From assembly GCA_963801995.1 (NCBI GenBank), contig CAWDGW010000017.1:669544-733543 (forward strand): a stretch of 64,000 nucleotides of DNA. Direction: 5' to 3'. Within the stretch, counting starts at the first letter, position 1. Every line of letters begins with the position of its first letter. The position numbers were made by a program, and so were the translations under genes. The notes beneath the pieces are model-generated. The model worked only from the letters and a program-made list of their open reading frames with translations. It ran no database searches and was not told the origin of the DNA. This DNA is from an uncultured Holophagae bacterium (lineage in GTDB: Bacteria; Acidobacteriota; Thermoanaerobaculia; Thermoanaerobaculales; Sulfomarinibacteraceae). Of this stretch, positions 36,589 to 46,618 are shown one piece after another.

Positions 36589-38171
36589 ATGAAGCAGGAA
36601 ATCCTCCTCGGCGACGAGGCGATCGGGCTCGGGGCGATCCACGCCGGCCTGAGCGGCGTCTACGGCTACCCCGGCACGCCATCCACCGAAATATTCGAGT
36701 TCATCGAGCGGCGAACGGCGAAAGCCGGCGATGTCCACGCCTTCTGGAGCACCAACGAAAAGGTCGCTTACGAGGAGGCCCTCGGCATGAGCTGGGCCGG
36801 CAAACGGGCCCTGGTGTGCATGAAACACGTGGGCCTGAACGTGGCCGCAGACGCCTTCATGAACTCGGCGGTGACCGGCACCAACGGCGGCCTGGTGGTG
36901 GCGGTGGCTGACGATCCCGGAATGCACTCCAGTCAAAACGAGCAGGACAGTCGGTACTACGCCCAGTTTGCCCTCATCCCATGCTTCGAACCCCGCAACC
37001 AGCAGGAATGCTACGACATGATCTTCGACGCCTTCGACATGTCGGAAGAGCTGGAGGTGCCGGTGATGGTGCGGTTGGTGACCCGCATCGCCCACAGCAG
37101 GTCGGCGGTGGAGATCCGAGAGAAGCGAGCTCAGAACGAGCTCGAGCCCTCCCGCGACATCAAGAAGTGGACGCTGTTGCCCGCCAACGCCCGCGTCCAG
37201 TACCAGCATCTCACCGAAAAGCAACCCGAGCTGCTTCAGCGAGCCGAGGAAAGCCTCACAACACCCTGACGTTGGCCGGGCGCACCGGGGTCATCACCTG
37301 CGGAATCGCCAACAACTACTACCTGGAGAACATGGGCACCGCGCACGATCAGTCGGTGCTGAGCCTGGCCCAGTACCCGATTCCGGCCAACCTGGTCCGG
37401 CAGTTGGTGGACCACGTGGACGAATTGCTGGTGATGGAAGACGGATACCCGCTGGTGGAATCCACTGTCCGCGGTCTGTTCGGGCTGCAGGACGTTCAGG
37501 TCAAGGGCCGGATGACCGGAGAGCTGCCCCGAGCCGGCGAGCTCAACCCGGACATCGTCAGGGAGGCGCTCGGTCTGCCCGTCCACCCCTCAGCCCACGA
37601 GCCATCGCCGGAGCTGGCCAACAGGCCGCCGGCGCTGTGCAAGGGATGTCCCCACACCGACACTTTCCGGGCGCTCAACGAGGCGCTGAGCGGTTTTGAC
37701 AACCCGCAGGTCTTCTCGGACATCGGCTGCTACACCCTGGCCGCCCTGCCGCCGCTGGAGGCGGTGCACTCGTGCGTCGCCATGGGTGCCAGCATCGGCA
37801 TGGCCGCCGGCGCCGCCCACGCCGGCTACTCGCCGGCAGTCGCAGCCATCGGCGACAGCACTTTTTCCCACGGGGGCATCACACCGCTGCTCTCCGCGGT
37901 CCAGCAAAGGGTGAACCTCAACGTCATCGTGGTCGACAACAGCACTGTGGGAATGACCGGTACCCAGCGATCCATGTCCACCGGCGATTCCCTCGACCAG
38001 ATCATCGTCGGTTCAGGGATCGAACCGGAGCATATGAGGATCATCGAGCCGACCCCGAAGAACCACATCGCCAATGTGCAGGTCATCCGGGAAGAGCTCG
38101 CATTTGACGGCACCAGCGTAATCATCGCCCGCAGAGCCTGCATCGAAGCCCTCAAAAGGCGGGCGAACTGA
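36589..38171 (+). CDS. iorA: indolepyruvate:ferredoxin oxidoreductase alpha subunit, one 1-nt frameshift near 37250
   Basis: N-terminal MKQEILLGDEAIGLGAIHAGLSGVYGYPGTPSTEI, Cys motif CKGCPH and TPP block GDSTFSHGG..VVDNSTVGMTGTQ. The protein continues from ORF 36589-37269 into ORF 36981-38171. Confidence 0.8.
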
Positions 38172-38204
38172 ACCTGCCCGGCACTCGCGTCACGGGAGCG
38201 ATTC

Positions 38205-38972
38205 ATGAAACAGAACATCATCCTCGCAGGGGTCGGCGGCCAGGGAATCCTGTCCATCGCCTACGTGATCGACAACGCCGCTCTGGACGCCGGCTTCCAT
38301 TTCAAGCAGGCCGAGGTCCATGGCATGGCCCAGCGGGGCGGCGCTGTCCAGTCCCACCTTCGGTACTCCGACGAGCCGATCCACTCGGACCTCATCCCCA
38401 CCGGACAGGCCGACATGGTGCTCAGCGTCGAGCCCCTGGAGGTGATGCGCTACTGGCACTACCTGTCACACGATGGCTGGGTCGTGACCAGCGTGACTCC
38501 CTACGTGAACATCCCGGATTACCCGGAATCGGACCACTTGCTCGGGGATCTTGCCGGTTTTCCCAACGTGATCATGGTGGACAGCGGCCTTGTGGCCAAG
38601 GCCGCCGGCAACCTCCGTGCCCAGAATATGGTGGTTGTGGGAGCGGCCTCCCCGCGTCTCGACTTTCCCGAGGAGACTCTGCTCAAGCACGTTGAGACGC
38701 TGTTCGCCAGAAAGGGCGAGCGGATCGTCGACGTCAACACCCGCGCCTTCCGCCTCGGTCGGGCAGCGGGCCTGTTCTTTCGTGGACTGGTCGACGGAGG
38801 CGTCGACCCGAGCCGGGCGATCAAGCTGTGTCAGAAGATCGACCCCGAGACCATCGACCCGTCCCGGGCGGCGGCGTGGGCCCAGGCCCTCGGTGCCGAC
38901 CCGCAACTGATGGATGCCGTGCTGTCGACCGACGGCACCACTCCGTGCGACCGGATTACGGCTCCGGCGTGA
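38205..38972 (+). CDS. iorB: indolepyruvate:ferredoxin oxidoreductase beta subunit
   Basis: NIILAGVGGQGILSIAYVI..EVHGMAQRGGAVQSHLR is typical of the gamma/IorB-type subunit. It is adjacent to iorA. Confidence 0.8.
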   Translation: MKQNIILAGVGGQGILSIAYVIDNAALDAGFHFKQAEVHGMAQRGGAVQSHLRYSDEPIHSDLIPTGQADMVLSVEPLEVMRYWHYLSHDGWVVTSVTPYVNIPDYPESDHLLGDLAGFPNVIMVDSGLVAKAAGNLRAQNMVVVGAASPRLDFPEETLLKHVETLFARKGERIVDVNTRAFRLGRAAGLFFRGLVDGGVDPSRAIKLCQKIDPETIDPSRAAAWAQALGADPQLMDAVLSTDGTTPCDRITAPA

Positions 38973-39026
38973 ACGACTCCGATTGCGGAGGCGCGCGTTT
39001 TGACGCCAACTGACCAGGGGGACCCG

Positions 39027-41408
39027 ATGCCATCCGTTGACCTCGAGCACATTCGACAGATTCTCGCCAGGGCCCACGACGAGGGCCGCTGCAGCCTCTA
39101 CGAGCACGAGTGTTACGACCTGCTCACCGCCACCGGCGCCGAGGCCGCGCCTGTTTGGCGGTTGATCCCGGCGGGATCTCGACCCACCCGGGCCGACCTC
39201 GAGGCCATCTCGTCAGACCTGGTCGTCCTCAAGGTGGTCTCTCCGGACATTGTCCACAAGACCGAAGCCCGCGGCGTGCGCATCGTCGCCCGCGAGGCGG
39301 GCGCCGTGGACACCGCCCACGAGCTCATGCGGCGCGAGGTCCCGGAGGTTTACGCCGACTGGATCACCGCCCACGCCGGTGAGCGCCCGTCGGCTCTGCT
39401 CGGCCTCGAGGGTGAGGGCCTTCGTCGCCGGATCGCCGACCGGACCGTCGGCACCCTGCTGTGCGGCTATGTGGAGCAGGATGCCGGAGGATTCGCCACC
39501 GAACTCTTCGTCGGAATCCGCGCAACCGCAGAGTTCGGTCCGATCATCTCGGCCGGCCTCGGCGGGGTGGAAATGGAGGTCCTCGCCCGCAAGACCCGGA
39601 GGGGCGCCGCCGTGGCCATTGCGCCCAGCGCCACGGTGGACGGAGCCCAGTTCCTCGAGCTCTTCAAGCGCACCCTATCTTACGAGCGGCTGTCCGGCCA
39701 AATGCGGGGATCGGACCGCCTCGTGAGTGATGCGATCCTCGAGGAGGGCTTCCAGGCTTTCATCGACACCGCCAACCACTTTTCGGAGGTCAACCCCAGC
39801 GCGCCCTTCCACATCCACGAGTTCGAGGTCAACCCGTTCGCCATCTCGGGTGCCCGAATCGCTCCGCTCGACGGCGTCTGCAGCTTTGGTCCCACCGTCC
39901 CTGCTCCGCCGCCCCGGCCCACGGCCAAGATCGCCAACCTCCTCAAGCCGAAAACGGTGGCGGTTATCGGTGTGGCCGATAGCTCGGTGAATATGGGGAG
40001 GATCATCCTCCGCAACATCCTGGCGGCTGGCTTCCCAGCCGAAAGCGCGTTCGTCGTCCGGCCCGGGGTCGAGAGTGTCGACGGGGTACGGTGCGTTGGG
40101 TCCATCGGCGAGCTGCCCGAGAAGGTCGACCTCTTCGTGGTGGCCGTCGCCGCGGCCCATGTGCCGGGGGTGACGTCCGAGCTGATCGAGCACGACCGCG
40201 CCAACGCGGTCATCCTGGTGCCCGGCGGGATCGGTGAAAAGGAGGGCAGCCAAGACCTCGAGCAGCGTCTCAAACGATCCATCCGCGAGGCCCACATGTC
40301 AGCGGGCGGCGGTCCGGTTTTTCTGGGCGGAAACTCGCTCGGCGTGGTGTCCCACCCTGGCGGATACGACACCATGTTCATCCCGGAGACCAAGCTGGCC
40401 AAATCTAGCGGTGACCGTCGCCGTCCGGCCGCCTTCATCTCCCAGTCGGGAGCGTTCATCATCTCGAACCTCAGCCGGCAACCGTGGCTCGATCCCGCCT
40501 ACTCGCTGAGCATCGGCAACCAGATCGACCTCACGGCATCCGACCTGCTCGACTTCCTCAAGGACGACCCAGAGGTGGAGGTCTTCGCGGTCTACATGGA
40601 GGGCTTCCAGCCGGGCGACGGACTCGCGTTTGCCCGCGCGGTTCGAGCTGCGGTGGACCTCGGCAAGGACGTCGTCTTCTACAAGGCAGGCCGGACCTCG
40701 GAGGGCCGTTCGGCCACCGCTGGCCACACCGCCTCGGTCGCCGGCGATTACGCGGTCTGCGCCAGCGCGCTGGAGCAGGCTGGTGCCATGGTGGCAGACG
40801 ATTTCAACGAGTTCTCGGATCTGCTGCGACTGTGTCTCCACCTTCGCGGCAAGGAAGTTCGAGGCAACCATCTGATGGTCATGTCGAACGCCGGCTTTGA
40901 AACTGTGGGCATGGCCGACTCTATCCGCCACCACCACGCCGAGTTCCGGCTCGCCGAGCTCGCGAGCCGCACCGAGGAAGCCCTTGAGTTGACCCTCGGC
41001 GAATACCGACTCGACGGACTGGTGAACGTCAAGAACCCCTTTGACGTGACGCCGATGGCGCCGGATGCCGCCTTCGCGCGCCTGCTGTCCCTGGTGACCG
41101 AAGACGACGAGGTGGACGTCGTGGCGGCCGGCATCGTACCGCTCACGCCGGCCATGCAGACCCTGCCCCCCGGCGAAGGTCACTCCGAGTCGATCAACCA
41201 CCCGGAGTCGATCGCCCGCAAGCTGCCCGAAGTGGCCGCTGCCACCTCCAAGCCGCTGGTGGCGGTCGTGGACTCCGGAGTCCGTTTCGACCCTCTCGCC
41301 GGCGAGCTCACCGCAGCCGGGCTGCCCGTATTCAGGTCTGCGGATCGCGCGGTCCGGGTGCTCTGTAAGTGGGTCAACACCAAACTACACAATCAACTCA
41401 AGGGATAA
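39027..41408 (+). CDS. ADP-forming acyl-CoA synthetase (fused ATP-grasp plus CoA-binding/ligase domains)
   Basis: CoA-binding block KPKTVAVIGVADSSVNMGRIILRNI, succinyl-CoA-ligase-like ISQSGAF and GHTASVAG (phospho-His loop). Its position after iorAB fits aryl-acyl-CoA-linked ATP formation. ATG 39027 is preferred over TTG 39000. Confidence 0.75.
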   Translation: MPSVDLEHIRQILARAHDEGRCSLYEHECYDLLTATGAEAAPVWRLIPAGSRPTRADLEAISSDLVVLKVVSPDIVHKTEARGVRIVAREAGAVDTAHELMRREVPEVYADWITAHAGERPSALLGLEGEGLRRRIADRTVGTLLCGYVEQDAGGFATELFVGIRATAEFGPIISAGLGGVEMEVLARKTRRGAAVAIAPSATVDGAQFLELFKRTLSYERLSGQMRGSDRLVSDAILEEGFQAFIDTANHFSEVNPSAPFHIHEFEVNPFAISGARIAPLDGVCSFGPTVPAPPPRPTAKIANLLKPKTVAVIGVADSSVNMGRIILRNILAAGFPAESAFVVRPGVESVDGVRCVGSIGELPEKVDLFVVAVAAAHVPGVTSELIEHDRANAVILVPGGIGEKEGSQDLEQRLKRSIREAHMSAGGGPVFLGGNSLGVVSHPGGYDTMFIPETKLAKSSGDRRRPAAFISQSGAFIISNLSRQPWLDPAYSLSIGNQIDLTASDLLDFLKDDPEVEVFAVYMEGFQPGDGLAFARAVRAAVDLGKDVVFYKAGRTSEGRSATAGHTASVAGDYAVCASALEQAGAMVADDFNEFSDLLRLCLHLRGKEVRGNHLMVMSNAGFETVGMADSIRHHHAEFRLAELASRTEEALELTLGEYRLDGLVNVKNPFDVTPMAPDAAFARLLSLVTEDDEVDVVAAGIVPLTPAMQTLPPGEGHSESINHPESIARKLPEVAAATSKPLVAVVDSGVRFDPLAGELTAAGLPVFRSADRAVRVLCKWVNTKLHNQLKG

Positions 41409-41433
41409 CGAAAAGATTGAAATGTTCGGTTAA

Positions 41434-41517
41434 CTCCGATTTTGGCCCCCCGTTTTCAGGGGCACGACGGGCCGATCGGCTGTCACCGGGCCCCGCACTC
41501 GCGAGTCAAAATCGGAG
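41434..41517. repeat. 11-bp perfect inverted repeat CTCCGATTTTG / CAAAATCGGAG with 62-nt GC-rich spacer
   Basis: Read directly, in the intergenic region upstream of yjbQ. Confidence 0.6.
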
Positions 41518-41551
41518 AAACAGGTAGAACCGATTGGAAAGGCATGACAGT

Positions 41552-41974
41552 ATGAAATCCTTAACTCGACATCTCAGGATGAACGTGCCCGAGAGGATGG
41601 GGTTCGTCAACATCAGCCGCGATGTGGAGGAGGCGGTGCGGGAATCCGGGGTCCAGGAGGGCCTGTGCCTGGTGAACGCCATGCACATCACGGCCTCGGT
41701 CTTCATCAATGACGCCGAGTCCGGCCTCCACCGCGACTACAAGAAGTGGCTCGAGGAATTGGCGCCCTTTGATCCCTCTCCAGAGCGCTACCACCACAAC
41801 CGAACCGGCGAGGACAACGCCGACGCCCACCACAAGCGCCAGATCATGGGCCGCGAGGTGGTGGTGGCCATCACCCACGGCCAGCTCGACCTCGGCCCCT
41901 GGGAGCAGATCTTCTACGGCGAATTTGACGGTCGCCGCACCAAGCGGGTGATGGTGAAGGTTATCGGCGAGTAA
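41552..41974 (+). CDS. YjbQ/UPF0047 family protein (secondary thiamine-phosphate synthase-like)
   Basis: [56 protein letters not shown] matches my recollection of the family consensus. Confidence 0.8.
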   Translation: MKSLTRHLRMNVPERMGFVNISRDVEEAVRESGVQEGLCLVNAMHITASVFINDAESGLHRDYKKWLEELAPFDPSPERYHHNRTGEDNADAHHKRQIMGREVVVAITHGQLDLGPWEQIFYGEFDGRRTKRVMVKVIGE

Positions 41975-41979
41975 CCCTC

Positions 41980-42020
41980 GGGATTCGGGATTCGGGGTTC
42001 GGGTTTGGGGTTCGGGGTCG
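41980..42020. repeat. 7-bp array GGGATTC GGGATTC GGGGTTC GGGTTTG GGGTTC GGGGTCG (G-quadruplex-capable)
   Basis: Lies 6 nt after the stop at 41974 and has six G3-4 runs. Confidence 0.9.
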
Positions 42021-42106
42021 ATCTTCCGTGCTATAACCGGGGCTTCAAGGAGGGCAGCTCAATTGTCCGCTGAACGGTGGCAAGGCCATCAGGACCGGAG
42101 AACCCG

Positions 42107-43195
42107 ATGAAGGCAATTCCGCGCCGGGCAATCGGCGTCCTCGCGGCACTCGCGATTGTCGTTCTGCTCGCAGCACCCAAGGTGATTCAGATCCGCAGGG
42201 CCAATACACCTCCCGATGTCGCGTCGTCAGAGAGCATCCAGCAGGTCAGGGTCCACCGAGTTGAATCAACTCAACTCACGGAGCGGCTTGCAACCACCGG
42301 GACCCTGCGAGCCGATGAAGAGGTCGAGATCGTCAGCGAGATTTCCGGCAAGATCTCCGCCATCTTTTTCGAAGAGGGCAGCCGGGTGGCGGCCGGCGAA
42401 CTGCTCTTGAAAATCGATGACACCGAACTGGTCGCCGAGCGGAGGCGAGCATTTTACAGGCTCGAGCTCGCCGAGCGAGCCGAAGCCCGACAGCAGCAGC
42501 TCCTCCGGGACGGTGTCATCAGCAGTGAACGCTACGACGTGGCGCTCGGCGAACTGAACGTCTTGCGGGCCGAGCTTCAGCTGATCGAGGCGACTCTGTC
42601 CAAGACCGAAATCCGTGCTCCCTTTGGCGGCATCATCGGACTGCGGTGGGTGAGTCCCGGGAGCTACCTTTCGTCGGAGACCCGGATCGCCTCGTTGCAC
42701 GACCTCGATCCCATCAAGCTGGACCTGACCGTGCCCGAGAAATACTCCGCGTTGATGCGGGTGGGCAATGAAATCTCGTTCACCGTCGATGGGTTCGAGC
42801 GTGCCTTTCGGGGGACGATTTACGCCATCGAGCCCAGTGTCGACCCCTCCACCCGGTCCCTGCGAATGCGCGCGAGGTGCCCGAACAGCGATGGTGCTCT
42901 TGTTCCCGGGATGTTCGCAAACGTGGATTTGATCGTCCGGTCGACGCCGGATGCCTTGACCGTCCCGTCGATCGCGGTCATCCCGGAGCTTGGCGGAAAG
43001 AAAGTTTTCGTCTACGACGACGGAAGGGCGGAGCCGCGCGCAGTCGAGACAGGAATCCGAACCGCAAGCGCGATCCAGATCACTCGCGGCGTCAGCGAGG
43101 GGGATCTTGTCATCACCTCCGGTCTGCTGCTCTTGCAGCCGGGACTCGAGGTCGAGATCGAAGAACCCGTTGCCGCCGACGACCCGGTGTCATGA
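42107..43195 (+). CDS. RND efflux periplasmic adaptor (MFP/HlyD family)
   Basis: N-terminal anchor MKAIPRRAIGVLAALAIVVLLA, a coiled-coil hairpin region and a beta-barrel region (IRAPFGGIIGLRWVSPGSY). Its stop overlaps the RND ATG. Confidence 0.8.
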   Translation: MKAIPRRAIGVLAALAIVVLLAAPKVIQIRRANTPPDVASSESIQQVRVHRVESTQLTERLATTGTLRADEEVEIVSEISGKISAIFFEEGSRVAAGELLLKIDDTELVAERRRAFYRLELAERAEARQQQLLRDGVISSERYDVALGELNVLRAELQLIEATLSKTEIRAPFGGIIGLRWVSPGSYLSSETRIASLHDLDPIKLDLTVPEKYSALMRVGNEISFTVDGFERAFRGTIYAIEPSVDPSTRSLRMRARCPNSDGALVPGMFANVDLIVRSTPDALTVPSIAVIPELGGKKVFVYDDGRAEPRAVETGIRTASAIQITRGVSEGDLVITSGLLLLQPGLEVEIEEPVAADDPVS

Positions 43196-46100
43196 CCCTT
43201 TACACCCTCAGCATCCGACGTCCCGTCCTGGCGATCGTGATGTCGATCACCATCGTGCTCTTCGGATTGCTCGGATTCTCGTTCCTCGGTGTGCGCGAGT
43301 TCCCGTCGCTCGACCCGCCGAACATCACCGTCTCCACTTCGTATCGGGGTGCCTCGGCCGAGGTGATCGAATCCCAGATCACCGAGCCGCTCGAGGCGTC
43401 GGTCAACGGAGTCGACGGTATCCGCACCCTGACGTCCACCAGCCGTGACGGCCGAAGCACTATCCAGGCCGAGTTCGACCTCGAGACAGATCTCGAGCGC
43501 GCCGCCAACGACGTCCGCGATCACGTGTCCCGCGCCATGTACGATCTCCCCCCGGACGTCGACCCCCCAATCGTTTCCAAGGCGGATGCAGATGCGTGGC
43601 CGATCGCAGGGCTCAGCGTGGGCAGCGACAGCCGCAACCTGCTCGACCTCAGCCGGTTGGCGAAAGAGGTATTCGTCGAACGTCTGCAGACCATCCCGGA
43701 TGTGGCGAGCGTCGACATCTGGGGTGAAAAAACCCACTCCATGCGGCTGTGGATCGACCCCCACAAGCTCGCAGCATACCGGCTGTCGCCGATCGACGTT
43801 CGTGACGCTGTGGCTCGAGAGAACGTCGAGCTGCCATCGGGCCGGATCGAAGGTGAGGATGTGGAGCTTCCGGTGCGAACCATGAGTCGGCTCAACACAC
43901 CGGAGGATTTCAACAGCCTCATCCTCAAGAGCGAGGGCGACCGGATCGTCCGCCTTCGTGACGTCGGTTTCGCTGAACTCGGTCCTCGCAACGAGCGCAC
44001 GGTGCTGAAGATGAACGGCACTTCGATGGTATTGGTCGTGGTCCGTCCGCAGCCCGGGGCCAACTACATCACGATTGCAGACGAGTTCCGGCGCCGCGTC
44101 AATCTGATTCAAAAAACGCTGCCCGCGGACATCAAGGTTTCGTGGGGCTTCGACGCCACCCGCTTCATCCGAAGGTCGGTGGCCGAGGTTCAGCAGACCA
44201 TCCTCATCGCGTTTGCCTTGGTCATCTTGATCATCTTTCTGTTCCTCCGCGACTGGCGAACGACGGTTATCCCGGTCGTCGTGATCCCGGTTTCGTTGAT
44301 CGGGTCGTGCTTCGTCATGTATGTGGCCGGCTTCTCGCTCAACGTCTTGACCCTGTTGGCTCTGGTCCTGGCGATCGGCCTGGTGGTGGACGACGCCATC
44401 GTGGTCGTCGAGGTGATTTACGCCAAGATCGAGGCAGGCCGCGAGCCGATGAATGCCGGCATCGAGGGAACGCGGGAGATCTTCTTCGCCGTGGTGGCGA
44501 CAACCCTGGCTCTTGTCGCCGTGTTCATGCCCATCCTGTTTCTTGGCGGCCTGGTGGGGCGGCTGTTCCGGGAGTTCGGCGTGACCCTCGCCGGGGCGGT
44601 GATCATCTCCTCGTTCGTCGCGCTGACGCTCACGCCGATGCTCGCAACCCGTCTCCTGAAAAAACGCCAACGCCAACCGTGGCTATATGGGGCGACCGAG
44701 CCGTTCTTCCGCGCTCTCACCTCCGCCTACCGGGGCGCGGTGACGAGCATCCTGCATCGGCGCTGGCTGGCGGTGCCGATCATCCTGGTGTGCTTCGGCA
44801 CGGTGGCCCTCTTCTTCGATCTGCTGCCGCGTGAGCTGGCTCCCATCGAGGACCGGAGTTCGATCAGGATTTCCGCCCGCGGTCCGGAAGGGGCGACGTT
44901 CGCCTACATGGACCGGTATATGGACCGGCTGGTATCCCTCGCCCAGAAGAAGGCCCCGGAAGCCGACAACATCATCTCGGTCACCGCACCGGGTTTCGGC
45001 GCCGCTTCGGCGGTCAACTCCGGGTTTGGCCGGATCTCCCTGGTTGAACCCGATGAGCGGCGACGGACCCAGGGTGAGATTGCCGACGCGCTGGGCCTGG
45101 AATTTGACCGGCTGACCGATGCGCAAACCTATGTGTCGGAGTCGCCGACCATCGCTGTCGGAAGAAGGGGTGGTCTGCCGGTCCAGTTCGTGATCCAGGC
45201 GCCGAACATGGAGAAGCTCCAGGAGGTTCTGCCGTCGTTTCTCGCAGCTGCACAGGCCGATCCGACCTTCACCTACGTCGACGTGAACCTCAAATTCGAC
45301 AAGCCGGAGCTCCGAGTCACCATCGACCGGGAGCGGGCACAGGACCTCGGCATCTCCGCCCTTCGAATCGCCGAAACCCTGCAGCTGGCGTTGAGCGAAC
45401 AGCGGCTGGGCTACTTCGTCATGGACGGCAAGCAGTACGAGGTGATTGGCCAGGTGATGCGTGATGCCCGCGACGAGACCGTCGATCTTCGCAATCTCTA
45501 CGTGAGCTCCGCTGGGCGGCCGCCGGTTCTGTTGGACAAGCTGGTGACGGTTTCCGAGACGAGCAGTCCGCCGCAGATCTATCGCTTCGATCGCTATGAG
45601 TCGGCCACCATGGCGGCCGAATTGGCGCCGGGCAAAACGATCGGCGATGGGATCGATGCCATGAATCGAATTGCCGACCGGGAGCTCGATGAGACATTCG
45701 CAACAACTCTCGCCGGTGAGTCGAGAGATTTCGCCGAGAGCGTCAGCAGCCTGTACTTCGTGTTCGCGCTGGCGCTGGTGTTGGTGTATCTGGTGCTGGC
45801 GGCGCAGTTCGAGAGCTTCCGAGATCCCCTGATCATCATGTTCACCGTGCCGCTGGCTCTGGCCGGGGCGCTGCTCTCACTCTGGTACTTCAATCAGACG
45901 ATCAACATCTTCAGCCAGATCGGCATGATCATGCTGATCGGACTGGTGACCAAAAACGGCATCCTGATCGTCGAGTTCGCCAACCAGCGGAAGGCGGCGG
46001 GAAGCTCGGTGACCGATTCCATCATCGAAGGGGCGACGGCGCGCTTCAGGCCGGTGCTGATGACAAGCCTTTCCACAGTGCTCGGTATCCTCCCCATCGC

Positions 46101-46254
46101 CCTCGGCCTGGGAGCGGGGGCGGAGAGCCGCATCCCCATGGGGGTGGCGGTGATCGGTGGCCTGGTGCTGGGAACGCTGCTGACCCTGTTCGTGATCCCC
46201 GCGATGTGCTCGTTCTTGACCAGTCAACAGGGACGAGTGCAGCGCCTGGGTTGA
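43192..46254 (+). CDS. RND efflux permease (AcrB/HAE family)
   Basis: 1020 aa starting MTLYTLSIRRPVLAIVMSITIVLFG. Has 12-TM topology with two large loops and GLVVDDAIVVVE / GLVTKNGILIVE motifs. No outer-membrane factor gene follows. Confidence 0.9.
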   Translation: MTLYTLSIRRPVLAIVMSITIVLFGLLGFSFLGVREFPSLDPPNITVSTSYRGASAEVIESQITEPLEASVNGVDGIRTLTSTSRDGRSTIQAEFDLETDLERAANDVRDHVSRAMYDLPPDVDPPIVSKADADAWPIAGLSVGSDSRNLLDLSRLAKEVFVERLQTIPDVASVDIWGEKTHSMRLWIDPHKLAAYRLSPIDVRDAVARENVELPSGRIEGEDVELPVRTMSRLNTPEDFNSLILKSEGDRIVRLRDVGFAELGPRNERTVLKMNGTSMVLVVVRPQPGANYITIADEFRRRVNLIQKTLPADIKVSWGFDATRFIRRSVAEVQQTILIAFALVILIIFLFLRDWRTTVIPVVVIPVSLIGSCFVMYVAGFSLNVLTLLALVLAIGLVVDDAIVVVEVIYAKIEAGREPMNAGIEGTREIFFAVVATTLALVAVFMPILFLGGLVGRLFREFGVTLAGAVIISSFVALTLTPMLATRLLKKRQRQPWLYGATEPFFRALTSAYRGAVTSILHRRWLAVPIILVCFGTVALFFDLLPRELAPIEDRSSIRISARGPEGATFAYMDRYMDRLVSLAQKKAPEADNIISVTAPGFGAASAVNSGFGRISLVEPDERRRTQGEIADALGLEFDRLTDAQTYVSESPTIAVGRRGGLPVQFVIQAPNMEKLQEVLPSFLAAAQADPTFTYVDVNLKFDKPELRVTIDRERAQDLGISALRIAETLQLALSEQRLGYFVMDGKQYEVIGQVMRDARDETVDLRNLYVSSAGRPPVLLDKLVTVSETSSPPQIYRFDRYESATMAAELAPGKTIGDGIDAMNRIADRELDETFATTLAGESRDFAESVSSLYFVFALALVLVYLVLAAQFESFRDPLIIMFTVPLALAGALLSLWYFNQTINIFSQIGMIMLIGLVTKNGILIVEFANQRKAAGSSVTDSIIEGATARFRPVLMTSLSTVLGILPIALGLGAGAESRIPMGVAVIGGLVLGTLLTLFVIPAMCSFLTSQQGRVQRLG

Positions 46255-46449
46255 GCGCCTCCACCCACCCTATCCGAATGGTGACTTTGGAGATCCCCGG
46301 GGGATAAAACCCCGGGCTGGGGGTAATCCGCTACCGAGGGCTGAACACCCGCGGCCGGTCGGGGTGTTCGCCTAACTCGCACTTCTCACCGCCTATCTAC
46401 TGCGGCCGGCGATGCACCGCGCCCGATGGAGGTCCAGGTCCGTGCAAGG

Positions 46450-46478
46450 TTGCCAAAAACGCGTTGCAGTTATAGATT
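46450..46478 (+). promoter_or_regulatory. putative promoter of giant gene 1
   Basis: TTGCCA-N17-TAGATT, followed by the purine-rich leader ATAGAACAACACATCAAGAGAGAAAG. It is homologous in layout to 52296-52324 and 58352-58380. Confidence 0.5.
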
Positions 46479-46618
46479 TATCTCAATAGAACAACACATC
46501 AAGAGAGAAAGATGAAAAGGCCGTCTCCTCAGGTGCACTCGACTCGTCCACGCGGTACTGCCATTCCGGGCGGAGGGGCCACTTCACCCTTGAGCCACAC
46601 GCGATATCGGAGGGAGTC

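Noticed and set aside
41409-41551. TPP riboswitch upstream of the yjbQ-family (thiamine-related) gene
   Set aside because: The region has an 11-bp inverted repeat but lacks the conserved CUGAGA / ACCUGAUCUGGAUAAUGCCAGCG-type TPP aptamer elements as I remember them.
42107-46254. The RND/MFP pair immediately upstream of giant 1 as the export machinery for tagged proteins
   Set aside because: It is a typical HAE-type small-molecule efflux pump (AcrA/AcrB-like) with no outer-membrane factor. The giants have Sec-type signal peptides and their own promoter. Adjacency alone is not evidence.
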